Shown: positions 25,439-25,753 of the stretch, one piece after another
Layout: each line of letters opens with the position of its first letter
Numbering within the stretch: the stretch's first letter is position 1
IMG/VR virus record: IMGVR_UViG_3300048577_000532
Span: 1 to 25,753 of that record
Strand: one strand, 5' to 3'
DNA: 25,753 nt
Origin: a virus
Lineage: Duplodnaviria > Caudoviricetes
Made by a program: the position numbers and the translations under genes
The notes under the pieces: model-generated
Databases searched by the model: none
What the model saw: only the letters and a program-made list of their open reading frames with translations
What the model was told of the DNA's origin: nothing

Positions 25439-25753
25439 TCAGCCCCCCAGCACCTTGAAGAGCCAGGTCACGAGCGCGCTGCCCACCAGCGCCCCCAGAC
25501 CGGCGATGATGGCCAACTTGACGCTGATCCGCTCGAGCGTCTTCTCCGCCGCGGAAAGCCGCGTCTCGTGGTCCGCGTCGGTCTTCTCCAAGCGCTCGAT
25601 CCGGCTCATGCGCGCCTCGCAGCGTTCCTTCAGCAACGTCTCGATCCGCGCGAACCCGGCCTTGACCTCGGCTTCAAGCGTGCTCTGGCCCTTGCGCAGG
25701 TCGTTTACGGCCTTCCACAGCTCGCCAACGGCGTCCTTGCCCTGTTCGCTCAT
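25439..25753 (-). CDS. Coiled-coil protein with C-terminal transmembrane helix (putative XhlA-like holin)
   Basis: Heptad-rich N-terminus and hydrophobic LAIIAGLGALVGSALVTWLF. Located just upstream of terS. Confidence 0.55.
   Translation of the reverse strand: MSEQGKDAVGELWKAVNDLRKGQSTLEAEVKAGFARIETLLKERCEARMSRIERLEKTDADHETRLSAAEKTLERISVKLAIIAGLGALVGSALVTWLFKVLGG

Larger units (their letters stand above)
5908..25753 (-). mobile_element. Podovirus-like (BPP-1/T7-type architecture) prophage morphogenesis module, partial
   Basis: Contiguous co-oriented terminase-portal-scaffold-capsid-tail-ejection gene order. No integrase or att site in the window, so 'prophage' is inferred from the flanking IS and island. 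Confidence 0.88.

Noticed and set aside
6229-25458. Many long plus-strand and alternate-frame ORFs (e.g. 11185-13437, 12822-14783, 16369-18444, 13765-15504, 21980-23428)
   Set aside because: They are antisense or frame shadows of well-supported minus-strand phage genes in high-GC DNA, with Arg/Gly/Pro-biased translations and no recognisable motifs.
1-25753. CRISPR array, tRNA, rRNA, retron or integrase
   Set aside because: No regularly spaced repeats, RNA-gene signatures, reverse transcriptase or recombinase motifs were seen by eye.

Overview
Two compositionally distinct blocks joined by an IS. (1) 1-4371: an AT-rich (roughly one-third GC by eye) minus-strand cassette encoding a Dam-family adenine methyltransferase, a calcineurin-like metallophosphoesterase and a tightly coupled 598-aa P-loop ATPase resembling ORC/Cdc6-like conflict-system ATPases. 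It is a candidate anti-phage system with no visible nuclease partner, and it may continue left of the window. (2) 4575-5849: an IS5-family element with 11-bp terminal inverted repeats and an apparently frameshifted transposase 5' end. (3) 5908-25753: a GC-rich minus-strand morphogenesis operon of a BPP-1/T7-like podovirus-type prophage. In transcription order it encodes a holin-like protein, TerS, TerL, small protein, portal, Bbp19-like protein, scaffold, major capsid, cement, tail tubular proteins A and B, a GNAT-like protein, three internal virion/ejection proteins (the last a 2428-aa polyvalent protein with ADP-ribosyltransferase-like and zincin-like modules), and a headless remnant of a tail-fibre assembly chaperone. 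No tail fibre gene is present in the window. All family assignments come from motif recognition and gene order, not database searches.
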